This document shows, one piece after another, positions 1 to 12,786 of a stretch of DNA of 64,000 nucleotides. The position numbers were made by a program, and so were the translations under genes. The notes under the pieces are model-generated. The model was not told the DNA's origin. It did not search any database and saw only the letters and a program-made list of their open reading frames with translations. Numbering within the stretch: the first letter of the stretch is position 1; the number at the start of each line of letters is the position of its first letter. The DNA comes from Eledone cirrhosa (taxonomy: Eukaryota): the NCBI GenBank assembly GCA_964016885.1, contig OZ024741.1:375162001-375226000 (forward strand). Direction: 5' to 3'.

Positions 1-278
1 TGCAGACGTATCCAGTGTTATCTTTGTTTGATGACTTATTAGTTTGTCTCGCTGTAACAAACTGTCGATTGTGTGCGTATGGTTGTCATTGTCATCTCCC
101 GTTTATTATTGGATCAGCCATGTTACTCACGCCATTACCAATGAACGTTGCATGTGACTTGACCGTATTAAGGAGCGCTCTTAATAATATAGTCCCCTTA
201 AGGACTTCCGAAACACTTGGACTTCCTTTAAACAAGTATAAGAGATTTTTTTTTTTTCAAATAATGGTGAAATCTGGC

Positions 279-291
279 GAGAGAGAGAGAG

Positions 292-390
<99 letters not shown>

Positions 391-400
391 GAGAGAGAGA
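279..400. repeat. (GA)n/(GT)n compound microsatellite
   Basis: Direct reading of dinucleotide runs. Confidence 0.95.
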
Positions 401-687
401 GCAGGGACAGGAGAAAAATATATTTTGCTATATACTAGAAGGGTAAAGTTCCTGATCCTATTCAGTTGATTACCATTGATGTGGTCAACTACACAAGGTA
501 GCTATTATTCATGTAGAGAAAGGAGAAGGTCAATCTGTTTAAGCGGATAATTATTTAATATGAACTAAAATATAAGAATTGAAGTTCATTGTATGACATG
601 AGTCTCAGGTAGCTTTGGCCAAAATGTATAAAATACGATGTTGATGAACATGGTGGACATTAATTGCTTATTATCAATATTATTATT

Positions 688-1202
688 GGCGGTGAATCTC
701 GCCGAGGTTAACTTTGCCTTTCATCCTTACGGGGTCGATAAAATAAAGTACCAGTAATGTACTGGGTAATTGCTGGCCTTGTGCCAAAAAAGTAGAAACA
801 ATTATTATTGGCGGTGAATTGGCAGTATAAGTAGAGGGTTGGACGCCATGCTTTCTAGTATAGTTACGTCCCTTTACGGTCTGAGTTCAAATCCCGCCAA
901 GGTTAACTTTGCCTTTCATCCTTACGGGGTCGATAAAATAAAGTACCAGTAATGTACTGGGTAATTGCTGGCCTGGTGCCTAAAGTAGAAACAATTATTA
1001 TTATTATTAGTAGTAGGGTGGTGGATTGGCAGTATCGGTTGAGCGTCGGACACCATATTTAGCGGCATAGAGTTACGGCTCTTTACGTTCTGAGTTCAAA
1101 CCCCGCCGAGGTTAGCTTTCCATTTCATCCTTACGGGGTCGATAAAATAAAGCACCAGTAATGCACTGGGATAATTGCTGGCCTTGTGCCTAAAGTAGAA
1201 AC

Positions 1203-1233
<31 letters not shown>
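688..1233 (+). mobile_element. Three tandem copies of a tRNA-derived SINE (first one internally deleted) with (ATT)n tails
   Basis: Repeated unit GGCGGTGAATTGGCAGTATCGGTAGAG (A-box-like) ... GAGTTCAAATCCCGCC (B-box-like) ... GCCTTTCATCCTTACGGGGTCGATAAAATAAAGTACC ... AGTAGAAACAATTATT; about 30 copies in the window. The central part resembles the Meta/Sauria-type SINE domain (from memory). Confidence 0.85.
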
Positions 1234-1447
1234 GAATGCCATGGTTGACGGAGGCTCGGCTCTGTAAGGTATAGTAATTTTTAACCGTTAAAACAATTGT
1301 AAATTGTTTAAAACTTGAACCAAATTGTTGATAAAGACACCCTCCTCCTCGTGAGAGGGGTCTTTCTGTCCGTTATTTGGCCCTTCGGGGTTAAATAACC
1401 AGTTATTGGGGTTTTGTACCCAATATTCATTTTAAACAAAAAAAAAA

Positions 1448-3533
1448 ATGGCTACGAAAAAGAAATTTCATACGTCACTCCCACTCATTCCGTCTTCTTC
1501 TTCCTCAATCATCACTACAGCAGAGAGAAGATTGTCTCTCTCCCTCCCTTCTCTTTCGCAAGTGACGAAAGAAAAGAAAAGTCTCGTGCAAAGCGTGCAG
1601 GGTTTCTCCACGACGACGACGACAGCGACGAAACAGGTGTGCGGGAAATACGAAAACCCAGTTCATTCGTCTGACGTCAGGAGTAATAGCAGTAGCAGCC
1701 GTAATAACAACAGCAACAGTGACAATGAAAACAACAGTAGCAGCCGCAACAGCATCACCAGCAGCATAAACAACAACAGCATTAGTAGCAGCAACACCAA
1801 CAACAACCACAGCAACAGCGGCGGAGGCAGTAGTCGTAGTACCTGCAGCAACAACAAAAGTACCAGCAGCTCTGACGACAACAACAACAACAGCAGCAGA
1901 GAAAAACCAATCTCATTTGCAGGTATTGCGAAAAACTTGGAAACAATCCTCATAACAAATGAGGAATTAGAGGAAGCGAAGAAGATGGTGACAAAGAATG
2001 GACACCGAGCAATCTGCAAGGCAGCGGAAAAATTTTTCGAAACCCAAGAGCACTGTACGGTCACGTACCGTACAGTAAGTACAAAATCCCGTAGGGTGGA
2101 AAGAGCCACAGAGGCCCAAATACAAAAAGCCTTGGGGTCTGTGTGGCAGCGGAAAACGCACATCACTCGAGGCAAAAAATATGCCACCGTAGACGTACTT
2201 TTTGCCACACCCCAGGAGGCAAAGGCCCAATCAGTAGTGACCCTAAGGAGCGAGGAAATGGTGTTGGTGCCCTCCTACTGCGGGCAAAAAATTGTGAGGG
2301 TCAAACTAACCCACGCCCCCCCCCCCCCCCCCCGGAATGGCCCCTTCTTGGCTGGCCGCGTCTGTCCTCGTCGGAATCGAGGACAAAACAACTGTACTGC
2401 AAGTACAGAAAAAAGTAAGAGAAGATTGAGTAGGCACCTCCATTGAGATGCTAATCCAAACCAACCAGGAGTGCATCGAAGCCATCCCGGATGTGATAGA
2501 CTTCGATAACGGCACTCAACTGCCCATAAGTGTTGAGGGCAAACGCCCGAAATGCTTTCGCTGTGGATCGAAGACTCACCTCAGGGCCTTCTGCAACGAG
2601 AAGACCCTGAGAAAGGAGAAAACCCCCCTCCTTCCGAATCCGGCTCCACGGCTACCAGCAACAGGACAAGCGGCAACCAGGAACGATAGGTCCGTGGCAC
2701 CCATACCCACGCCACGGAAATCAAAAACAGCAGCAGCAGTGGAAATATTAACAACAACAACAGCAATACCAAATGCAGCTGCAACAGAGACTCCAGTGCA
2801 AACATCACCAACAACAACAAGTGAAAGAGTGGAGCTGGTACCCCTCCCCGACCTCACAGAATCAGACATGGAGTGTGAGGTGGGAGAGGGATGGCAAAAG
2901 GTCGTAAGAAGGCACAAACGCAGAAGCAGCGCATCGTCGCCTTTGAAAAGGGAGGAAAGAAATGAGAAAAGGGTAAAGTCTACTGCAAAGAGACCCACAG
3001 CACCAACACCACCAACACCATCACCACCCACACTAGCACCACCATCACCACCGGCGACAACCCCACCGCCAACAACACCTTCAACACCACCACCACAAGC
3101 ACCAACATCGCAAACACAACAACAAAACACACACACCCAGCAACAACGACAAGAAAATAGCAGAACCACACCCCACCCCCAGAAAAACAAATGCACGGCA
3201 ATAAATACACACAACAAGAAACTAATGACTTACATAATTGAACACACAGACATTTCACAACAGGACTACATAATACCAGCACCAATCAAAACGCCAACTA
3301 ACATAAGACTGCTAAAAATAGCACAGAAACAATACACAAACATTAAAACGAAATTCCCCAACGCAGTTGGTGATTTCAGGGACCTAGGAGGAACCATCAA
3401 TCGAAGAGTATATTCAGACATTCTCTTAGAAGAGCCGACGACCAGCCGAAGGGACGATTCAACGGTCCCTTCACCAGACGATCAAGTGAAAAGGGATGTA
3501 AAAACCATCCCTCCTCTACCAAAAGTACGGTAA
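1448..3533 (+). pseudogene. LINE ORF1 (gag-like, CCHC zinc knuckle), frameshifted
   Basis: ORFs 1448-2446 and 2448-3533 join across a frameshift in the poly-C run (~2316-2332), with an in-frame TGA near 2427; CFRCGSKTHLRAFC matches CX2CX4HX4C. Confidence 0.85.
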
Positions 3534-3568
3534 GTGGTCTTTCCCATCTTTTCCACTCTATTTTAAAC

Positions 3569-6500
3569 ATGACCTCACTCAGAATAGGCAGCATAAATGC
3601 GCGTGGCTTGGGGTCGTCATGGAAGCAGGGTCACCTGCTCAACGACCTCAGGTCACTAAACATAGATGTAGTGGCCATCAGCGAGACCAGAATCTCCGAA
3701 GCACGGGCCTTCGCACCGATCTTCGGCGGCTACGATGTGTACGCATCTCCCAGCCGTCCTGGATCGGGTGGAGGAGTTGCTGTGCTTTTTCGGAGAGGTT
3801 TGGATCTCGCCATACGGGCCATCTTCCTGGACCCTGAGGGTAAGATGGTGGTGCTGGACGTGACCAGCGGAGACGGGCAAGCTTTCAGGATAGTGGCCCT
3901 CTATGCCCCGACAGGAGCAGGGCGGCCTGATTTCTTCCGGCGTCTGGAGATCTTTCTTGGAACGTCCCGCTCTTTAGTGTTAGTGGGCGACTGGAACGGG
4001 ATCTTAGATGCACGCTGGGACTGTGTGGGATTAGCGGATAGGGGTGGAGGGTGCAAGAGCCTCACCAACCTGCTCAGGCGTTTTGAACTGTCTGACAGGT
4101 ACCGATTGGATTTCCCGAATGTGCCAATGTGGACTTGGACAAACCGCATAGGGTCATCCAGATCATATCTAGATAGAGTATTTTGTAGGGAAATAGATAG
4201 GTCTAGCATAGGCTGTCCACAATTCAAGATAGTCAGCTACACGGACCACAAATTCGTGATCTGTGTGCTTGACTTAGATAGGCTTCATAGACGAGGACCC
4301 GGCTACTGGAAGCTAAACGCGTCCTTACCAGCGCGCAAGGCCTACAGAGACCGGATTAGCGAACTAGTTAAGCGGGCGTTGACGGGGGCCATCGTCAACA
4401 ACAAGTGGTGGTTTGCACTGAAAAGAGCGATTAGAATAGAATCGATTAGGTTTAGTAAGGCTTTAGCAATAGAGCAAAATAGAGCAGAGGGAGAACTAGT
4501 TAGAAAATTAGACGAGGCGCTTAGCAAAGGCATTGCGACCGACGTGCTTGCGGCGAAATTGGCCCTTGACCAATTCTTCAATGCAAAGCACGAAGGCTGC
4601 GTTGTCAGAGCAAGGGTGCGTGCTCTCAGACACGAGGGGACGAAAGCCGTTCAATGGGCCCGAGTGGCGGAGGCGCGTCGTGGCAACAAAGCCACGATCC
4701 GGTCTTTGGTGGACCACGACGGGCGCATGCTACTCGATCCCGGGCAAATGTGTGAAGCTTTTCAGCGACACTTCGCTCATCTGTTCGGGGGCAGCGGTGG
4801 GCCGGGTAGAGGGATGGACTTTAGTGTCTACCTCGACGGACTGCCGCGGCTCTCGGCCACTGAGGCGAAGTGTTGCGAAAAGTCGATAACAGCCGCTGAA
4901 GTAAGGGAGGCAATGACTGGCTGCACAAGGGGTAAATCGCCTGGTTTGGATGGTCTGCCCTATGAACTTTACGTACAGATGCCAGACTTGTTCGGAGGCC
5001 TCTTGACGGACGTCTACTGCAACTGGCAACAGAACGGGAGAATTCCCAGTTCTGTGAGCCGAGGAGCGGTGACACTGCTGAGAAAGGATCCGAACAAGGG
5101 GGATAACATAGACAATTTCCGGCCCATAACTCTGCTAAACACAGAGTTCAAGATTTTGGCCAAGGTGCTAGCAAAGAGGTTGGCGCTTGTCGTTGGTGGT
5201 CTGGTGGGAGAGGCGCAGACATGCGCCATTCCCGACAGATCCATCCACGACAACCTCCACCTCATGCGATACATCATAGAGAGGGTAGCTAAGGAACCTG
5301 GCGCGGGTGGGTCCTTGATCAATTTAGATCAGTCGAAAGCTTTCGATAGGGTCGACCATCGTTACCTAGCGGCAGTCCTGAGGGCGGCTGGCTTTGGGCC
5401 CGTCTTCAGAGGCTGGATCGTTGCCATGCACAGCGACATCTGCTCTGTGGTGAGAGTGAACGGTCACCTGTCGGAACCGTTCAACATCATGCGCTCGGTC
5501 CGCCAAGGATGTCCCCTCTCGTCCCTCTTGTACGTATTGACTCTCGAGCCATTACTGCACAAACTGGAGACGTTGAGGGGAGTCCCGCGCGAACTAGGAT
5601 GCGGAAGATCCGTGTCAGCATATGCGGACGATGTCACCGTAGTGGTGTCGAACGCCAAACACATCGAGGCGATCGGCACTACACTAAGAGAATACGAAGC
5701 GGTGACAGGAGCAATGATCAACCAGGAAAAGTCAGCGGGCCTGCAGCTCGGCACCTGGAGAGGCAGGTCCATGCCGTCCAACAGCGTCGTCGGGCGCTGG
5801 ACGGACGGACCGGTTAAATTGCTAGGGGTCTGGTTCGGTCCGGACCTCCAGACGGACAAAAACTGGGACGAGGTGACGAGCAGGGTGGCTTCTCTCACCC
5901 AGAAATGGGCGGAGAGGAAGCTATCCCTGAAAGGTCGAGCGGAGGTGGCTAACGCGTACATCGCGTCTGTCATCTGCTACCGCCTGACCGTCGTACCTTG
6001 TCCTAAGCCTCGCCTGACTGCGCTGGAGCGTTTGCTCTTTCGCTTTTTGTGGAAGGGACGTGCTCCGATGGTCAGGCGGTCCATCTGTTGTCAACACCCG
6101 CTACGTGGAGGGCTGGGCATGCCGTGGCTGATGATGCGCAGGCACGCGCTCAGGCTACGACATCTCCACCTCTTCCTCGACGGTGATCAGGTGTGGTCGC
6201 CGTTTGCTAGACGCGTATTTCCCCAGCTCGTTTCCTTGACGGAGCTGCAGTCCTGGGTCAAGCGAAGACCGAGAGGGAGCCCTGGAGACTGGAATGTCTT
6301 CAGGCGCTCACAGCCCTCGACCAATCGGGCAATGTGATCGGTGGAAACTCCACCTCGGCGTTCTATAGAGGATTAGTGTAGGGTAAGAGCGACGACGTAC
6401 TTGGGGAAACTCTAGGCGTCGACGAAAATCAACTAGCCAATCTCTTCGGAAGAACTTTCGGGCCGGGGCCTATGGACAACTTCCAGAAATCTCTGGCCTG

Positions 6501-6987
6501 GCAGTGCTACCGAGGAGCCTTGCCAGTTCGGGATAAACTCTACAGGCATGGAGGTGCCGTCAGCGGGGCATGTCCGAGATGCGCGCAGGGCGACGAAACC
6601 GTCCTGCACGCACTCGTCCAGTGTCCGAAAATTGCTGACTTGTGGGTTTATGTCGAACACCTGCTGTCGCGTTTAGGACGGATCCGGCTATCATCTGAGT
6701 CCATCGTGAGGATTGCGCCGCCCTCCTCCTTTAGCCGGGAAGGGCAGGCAGTTTTTATCTGTCTGGTGGCCATGGCGAAAGAGATAGTATGGTGGACACG
6801 TTTGAAAGGGCTGAAGACGAGCACTTACCTCTTCGGTGATGCTCTGATTGACTTTTTCAAATTTCATTTCAAAAGGAAAATCAGAGTAGAGAGGGAAGTG
6901 CTCTCTTCCCAGCATTTTGTTGAAAGATGGGTGAGAGAAGCAAGAATGGCCCGAGTGAATGGGCCTACTCTGAGTATATATCTGTAA
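3569..6987 (+). pseudogene. LINE ORF2: APE endonuclease + reverse transcriptase + zf-RVT, disrupted near the C-terminus
   Basis: INARGL, ISETR, GDWN, SYLDR and TDH (APE); KSPGLDG, FRPITLLN, KAFDRV, RQGCPLS and YADD (RT). Frameshift near 6280 and TAG near 6379, then CPRC..ETVLHALVQC in ORF 6472-6987. Confidence 0.93.
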
Positions 6988-7292
6988 ATTAAAGGTGGAA
7001 AACTGGGAGAGGGCACTTGCCTTGGTGGTCAGGGTCATTGTGGCTTTTTACTGGGCTTTCTCCACAAATGTCCCTCCGAAGTCTCCCCCCTATTGGGGAA
7101 TTTTTCATTGTTATTTTCATTGTTATTTTTGTTACATCCTCTGTTTTTGTTTTTTTTACACGCAGAAATGCCCATTTGTACCGTCCTGCATTGTCCTGCA
7201 CTGTCCTTAATGTCTACTTTATGTAAACCCTTGTGGTTAATAAAGAAATCATTATTATTATTATCATTATTATTATTATTATTATTACTACT

Positions 7293-7855
7293 GGGTTGGC
7301 AGTATCGGTAGGGCGTCGGACAACATGCTTTGCGGCATATAGTTATGAACCTTTACATTCTGAGTTCAAATCCCACCGAGGTTAGGTTTGCTTTTCATTT
7401 TTACGGTGTCGATAATATATAGTACCAGTAATGCACTGGGGTCGATTTAATCGCCCCCCCCCCCCCCCCAAAAAAAAAAAATTGTTGGCATTGTGCCTGA
7501 ATCAGAAACCATTATTCATGGGCGTCGGACAAAGTAATTTGTTGTATTTGTTCCAACTCTTCAGGTTCTGTGTTCAAATTACACCGAGGTCAACTTTGCT
7601 TTTCATCCATCCAAGTTCGATAAAATATAAATATAATATAATCAACTTTCCCCTTTTACCAAATTGTTGGCATTGTGCCAATGCTAGAAAGAATTATTGC
7701 TATCCTTTGCAGCATAGAGTTACGTCCCTTTACGCTCTGAGTTCAATCCCGCCGAGGTTAACTTTGCCTTTCATCCTTACGGGGTCGATAAAATAAAGTA
7801 CCAGTAATGCACTGGGTAATTGCTGGCCTTGTGCCTAAAGTAGAAACAATTATAT
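7293..7855 (+). mobile_element. Cluster of three tRNA-derived SINE copies/fragments
   Basis: Same B-box/central domain/AGAAACAATTAT tail as 688-1233. Confidence 0.8.
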
Positions 7856-7971
7856 ATTTAATACATTCTGTCACTACATTACCGAGCACAGCTCATTCTA
7901 CCTTGGCTATGTACAGTTCAGGGTTATGTTTTTGGTGTTGCTGTTTCAGTTGTACTGTAAATACTCTACAT

Positions 7972-8164
7972 CAGGTATGTCAAACTGAGGGTCCCTCGAG
8001 GACCACATGGGTCCCATATGTGTTGTCCGAGGGTCACACACGACAACTAATTGCGCATATTACAACTAATTTCTTGAAAATAAAACATCCTCGGGCTGTA
8101 AAAACCCGCAGGTGTGCTTGTAAAGGGCCGCATGCGCCTGCGGGCCGCATGTTTGATATGCCTA
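7972..8164 (+). mobile_element. hAT (Charlie-like) MITE
   Basis: TIRs CAGGTATGTCAAAC / GTTTGATATGCCTA; perfect 8-bp TSD CTCTACAT at 7964-7971 and 8165-8172. Confidence 0.88.
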
Positions 8165-8640
8165 CTCTACATAATGTGTGCAGTGCTTAGTTGTGTTATT
8201 TTTCTGTATGTTGTTACATGTATCTCTTTCTCTTTCTTTCTCCCCCCTCCTCTCTCTCTCTCTCGCTCTCGCTGTCTCCCTCTCCTTCCCTCTCTCTCCC
8301 TCCATCACTCCCCCTCTGCCCCCTCTCTCTCTCTCTCCCTCTCTCTCTCTGTGATTTATCATTCCCATTGCTCCAACTATTATAGTGATTGTTCCTGTTT
8401 TCATCATCCACTATTATTTGTTTTGTGGCATTTGTTCCAAGTCTTTGCTTTCTGATATCAAATCCCACCAAGGTTAGCTTTGCCTTTCATCTTTACGGGA
8501 TCGATTAAATAAAGTACCAGTAACACGCTGGGGTAGATTTAATTGACTTGCCTCCTTCCTCAAATTGCTGTTTTGTGACAAAAGTAGAAACAATTATTAT
8601 TGCTCTTCTTTATTTTTTAGAATAGATACAAGATCTTATA

Positions 8641-8953
8641 GGCGGCGAATTGGCAGAGTCGTTAGAACGTCGGATAGAGTGCTTTGTGGTATTAGTTTCG
8701 GCTCTCTGCTCTCTGAGTTCAAATCCCACCGAGGTCAATTTTGCCTTTCATCCATTCAAGATCGATAAAAAAGTACCAGTCAAGTATTGGGGTCGATTAT
8801 TCCTCATTTCCATTCTTTCACTCATTCTATCCTTCTCTGGAAGAAATTTTCTGTATTTATAAATGGAGAGGAGATGGGCTCCGCCAGGTGTAAAAAATGC
8901 CCTAGAAACGCCGTATGTCAATATGGCGACCCAATGACTCCTTCAGGAGTTAC
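8641..8953 (+). mobile_element. Long SINE variant (same head, different 3' body)
   Basis: tRNA-like head and central domain followed by ...TGGGCTCCGCCAGGT...GAAACGCCGTATGTCAATAT...CAGGAGTT. Related copies at ~12787-13060, 16572-16810(-), 29010-29345(-) and 56170-56510. Confidence 0.72.
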
Positions 8954-8987
8954 GAGACCATCAATCCATCCATTCATGCATACATAC

Positions 8988-9303
8988 ATGATGGCTGCAA
9001 ACTCTGCTAAGAGTATTGCAATCGCTTGTCAGATTACAGAATATGGCGCACTTTTAGGCTACAGCCAGCCACATGAACCTGTAACATATCCTGAACAAGC
9101 AATGCCTGTGCTTTGAAGGTTTTTTAAGTCGTGAAAGGCCTTGCACTCGTCCAACCCACTCTCTGAGCATCGAAAACTCTACCTGAAAAGGAGAACTGGT
9201 CCACATCATTGGATGCTTCCGAAGACGCAGGTTTTTTTTTTCAGAGTTTCCCCTCTTCTAGAAAGGTGTTTTGACAGCAACTAGGAGCCTTTCACTCCCA
9301 GGT
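8988..9303 (-). mobile_element. Partial copy of a non-autonomous (RTE-like) element homologous to 10735-11343
   Basis: Shares CATACATG(A/G)TGGCTGC(A/C)AACTC and CATCATTGGAT...GCAGGT...CTAGAA...TTGACA...CTCCC(A)GGTGA with the second copy. Confidence 0.55.
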
Positions 9304-10645
9304 GAAAGAAATCTAGAGATGAACGGCTTGACAATACAACCTCTACAGTCGGGTGACAATTACAGATATTTTGGACAGGATGAGAATGTCAGATATGAAG
9401 GACCCATAAATAAGGAGAGAACCAGAATACCTCAGGAGAGTAAAGAAAATATGGTCATCAGAACTATCAGCATACAACAAATACATTGCCCACAATACTT
9501 ATGCTGTGCCAATCCTAACACCAACATTTGGTCTGCTGAACTGGTCATTGCAAGAACTAAGTGAGATGGATGTTAGAACTCGCAAGCTTCTCAGTGTTAC
9601 TGGAAACATGAATGGTGATGTGGATAGGCTATGCTTCTTACGCAAAGAGGGTGGCCGGGGGTCTAAAATCCATATTAATATCATACGAGACCCGGATTGT
9701 AACACAGAAGCAACATCTTCAGCAGAAGAAAAAGATCAGCAACCATCGTACCCAGGTCTATGAGCATGAAGGAAATAATATCATTAGGATAACCACTGAT
9801 CTAGAGGAGAGATATGGAATAAGGCCTGATATAAATCTCTCTCCCAGGGAAATTGGCAGATCCTATTCAATGCTCGAACAAAATAAAAAAAATGGACCAA
9901 TTTAGAGAGAAAGTTGTGCATGGGTACCTGAGACGACAAACACAGACCATAGAGGGGATAAATCATTCAAAAAGCCTGGCATGGAGTTCCGTAACGTTTA
10001 TGACATCCCACCCTCGAAGATCGAAGATGTTATCCACATTGTTGCCAACTGCGAAAGAATGTCATCTCGCTACTACCTCCCCATGAGACACGATGTGATA
10101 GCTAGAACCATCTGGAGTGCACTTAGGAAAACCAAATTAAAACCAAATGAGGAGGAATATGTTGAGATAGATGGCACTAAGGATACTGGTGGAACCTGAA
10201 AATAAAAACTGCCACCAAATTAAAGCACAACCGGCCTAATATTGTTGTTTGGGACCACACATTGAAAACATGCTCTGTTGTAGAGATCAGTTCCCCGCTT
10301 GATGTCAACGTTGTAAGAAAAATACAAGAGAAGGAGGACATCTACAGACCATTGATGAGGAGTTTGCAGATCCAGTATCCAAGATACACCTTCAGCTTCA
10401 TACCCATCATTATTGAAGCTACGGGTTATATACCAACATGCTTGGACCAAAGTATAACTGAACTTGGATGTGCGGACAATGAACGCAGCTCCCTAATTCA
10501 TAGTCTACAAATGGCTGCGATAGCTGGCACCTTCAAAATTTGCAAAACATTCTTGCGATTCAAGTGATGACGATTTCCTTTCTTTTACAACCTTGCCACC
10601 AGGAAGGTGGCCGGTCAAAAATGTACTCGAAATTAAGAGAAAGAC
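9304..10645 (+). mobile_element. 5'-truncated, frameshifted R4/Dong-like non-LTR retrotransposon (RT thumb + CCHC + restriction-like endonuclease)
   Basis: YRYFG, AVPILTPTFGLLNWS..ELSEMDVRTRKLL, DRL..RKEGGRG, EDVIHIVANC...RHDVIAR, KHNRPNIVVWD, VVEISSP, KEDIYRPL and IPIIIEATG are typical of RLE-type elements; ends at (CATA)n. Confidence 0.85.
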
Positions 10646-10734
10646 ATATATACATACATGCATACATACACACATGCATACATACATACATGCTTACATA
10701 CATACATGCATATATACGTACGTACATACATACA

Positions 10735-11343
10735 TGGTGGCTGCCAACTCGTTTTCGAGTACGGCCACTACTTTATATCCATGTAGGAGAACCCTTACCG
10801 ATGCGCTGAACGAGTGTGACTTTTTAGTCCAGCCAGCGACTTGAAAACTCTGGTACAAACACTACACTTGTGACAATTCTTGACACATAGTGCTGGACCC
10901 TTGGTACCATGTGACGACAAGTGCAGAGAGATCTCCAGATATAAAGCAATGCCTGCGCCGTGAAGCTTTTATAGTGAGCAAAGGCACTGCACAAAGCCAG
11001 TCCCACTCTCTTAACCAAGATGATATTCACCAAAAAGAAGAACAAGTCAACATCATTGGATACCATCAGGGTTGCAGGTGTTATATCAGATGTTTCCTTC
11101 TCCTAGAATTCTACCTTGACAAAGGCTAAGGGGTCATCTCTCCCGGTGATTTTGGATGGCCATTGACTCTTAAGAGCTCCTTTGCCCTTTGACAGGTTTT
11201 GTTTTTAGTCCTGCAGGATGTCCAAAGTCACCCTCCTCACCAAGAAACCTTGGTGGGTTGCCAGTTTAGTCGCCAACGACCGGACCATGAGACAGGTTGT
11301 ACTGGGATACATGTTACCAGTAGCACCAACTGGTGACCTGACA
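10735..11343 (-). mobile_element. ~600-bp non-autonomous retroelement inserted in (TATG)n
   Basis: Bounded by (CATA)n on both sides; non-coding; second partial copy at 8988-9303; structured 5' end. Confidence 0.55.
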
Positions 11344-11568
11344 TAACATACATACATACATACATACATACATACATACATACATACATACAAGCATACA
11401 TATATACATACATTCAATGGAGGATGAAACCAGAGTGATAAGCTGAAGTGATCACCACAACCTACTCTAACCACTATATTATTTTAAAAAGTATCAACTG
11501 AGGATGGGAAAAGGGTCACAAGCTGAAATGATGTCCACAAACTACACTGGACATTATTTTATATGAGA

Positions 11569-11762
11569 AGGGCGGTGGATTGGCAGTATCGGTAGAGGGT
11601 CGGACGCCATGCTTTGACGCATAGAGTTACGGCCCTTGCCATTCTGAGTTCAAATCCCGCCAAAGTTAACTTTGCCTTTCATCCTTACGGGGTCGATAAA
11701 ATAAAGTACCAGTAATGCACTGGGTAATTGCTGGCTTTGTGCCTAACGTAGAAACAATTATT
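11569..11762 (+). mobile_element. Full-length tRNA-derived SINE copy
   Basis: Complete head, central domain and tail. Confidence 0.85.
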
Positions 11763-11917
11763 TTATATGACAATAGAATCAAATTCATATTTAGTTGACA
11801 CGATATAAATTAAAGGATCATTGGTTTCTTCTCTGTCTTAATTGTTTAATTAATTACCTTTGTTTCAGTTTCTTGGAAAAAAAAAAGAACACTGAAGCTC
11901 AAAGTCTTTTATTTAAA

Positions 11918-12550
<633 letters not shown>

Positions 12551-12786
12551 CCATTGTTGACGTGGTCGTCGTTATCAACAATCTTCTCATCCATCGTTAA
12601 CAGATCCAATAGTAATATGATGAGTCACAAAGTTACAGGATGAGTTTACAATACAATAACTGAATCTTTAGCTTCTGGGCTGAAACCCTGTTAGTTTGTT
12701 AGCGTGTTCTGTCTCAGCAAAAATTCTCTTCTTGGTTCTGTAAATTACTATCACATTTATTATCACAGTCGCTTTGTGACAGACAA

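Larger units (their letters stand above)
1234..7250 (+). mobile_element. Near full-length Tx1/L1-clade non-LTR retrotransposon, disabled
   Basis: 5' UTR, ORF1 with zinc knuckle, ORF2 APE-RT-zf, 3' UTR with AATAAA at 7239-7244; (ATT)n runs abut both ends. Confidence 0.93.

Noticed and set aside
829-1120. tRNA genes
   Set aside because: A/B-box sequences are SINE heads; no complete cloverleaf.
1333-1366. HDV-like ribozyme suggested by CTCCTCGT loop
   Set aside because: Could not assign P1, P2 or J4/2; it folds better as a simple hairpin.
1505-7311. Many overlapping or antisense ORFs within the LINE
   Set aside because: Shadow frames of GC-rich coding or low-complexity sequence with no independent motifs.
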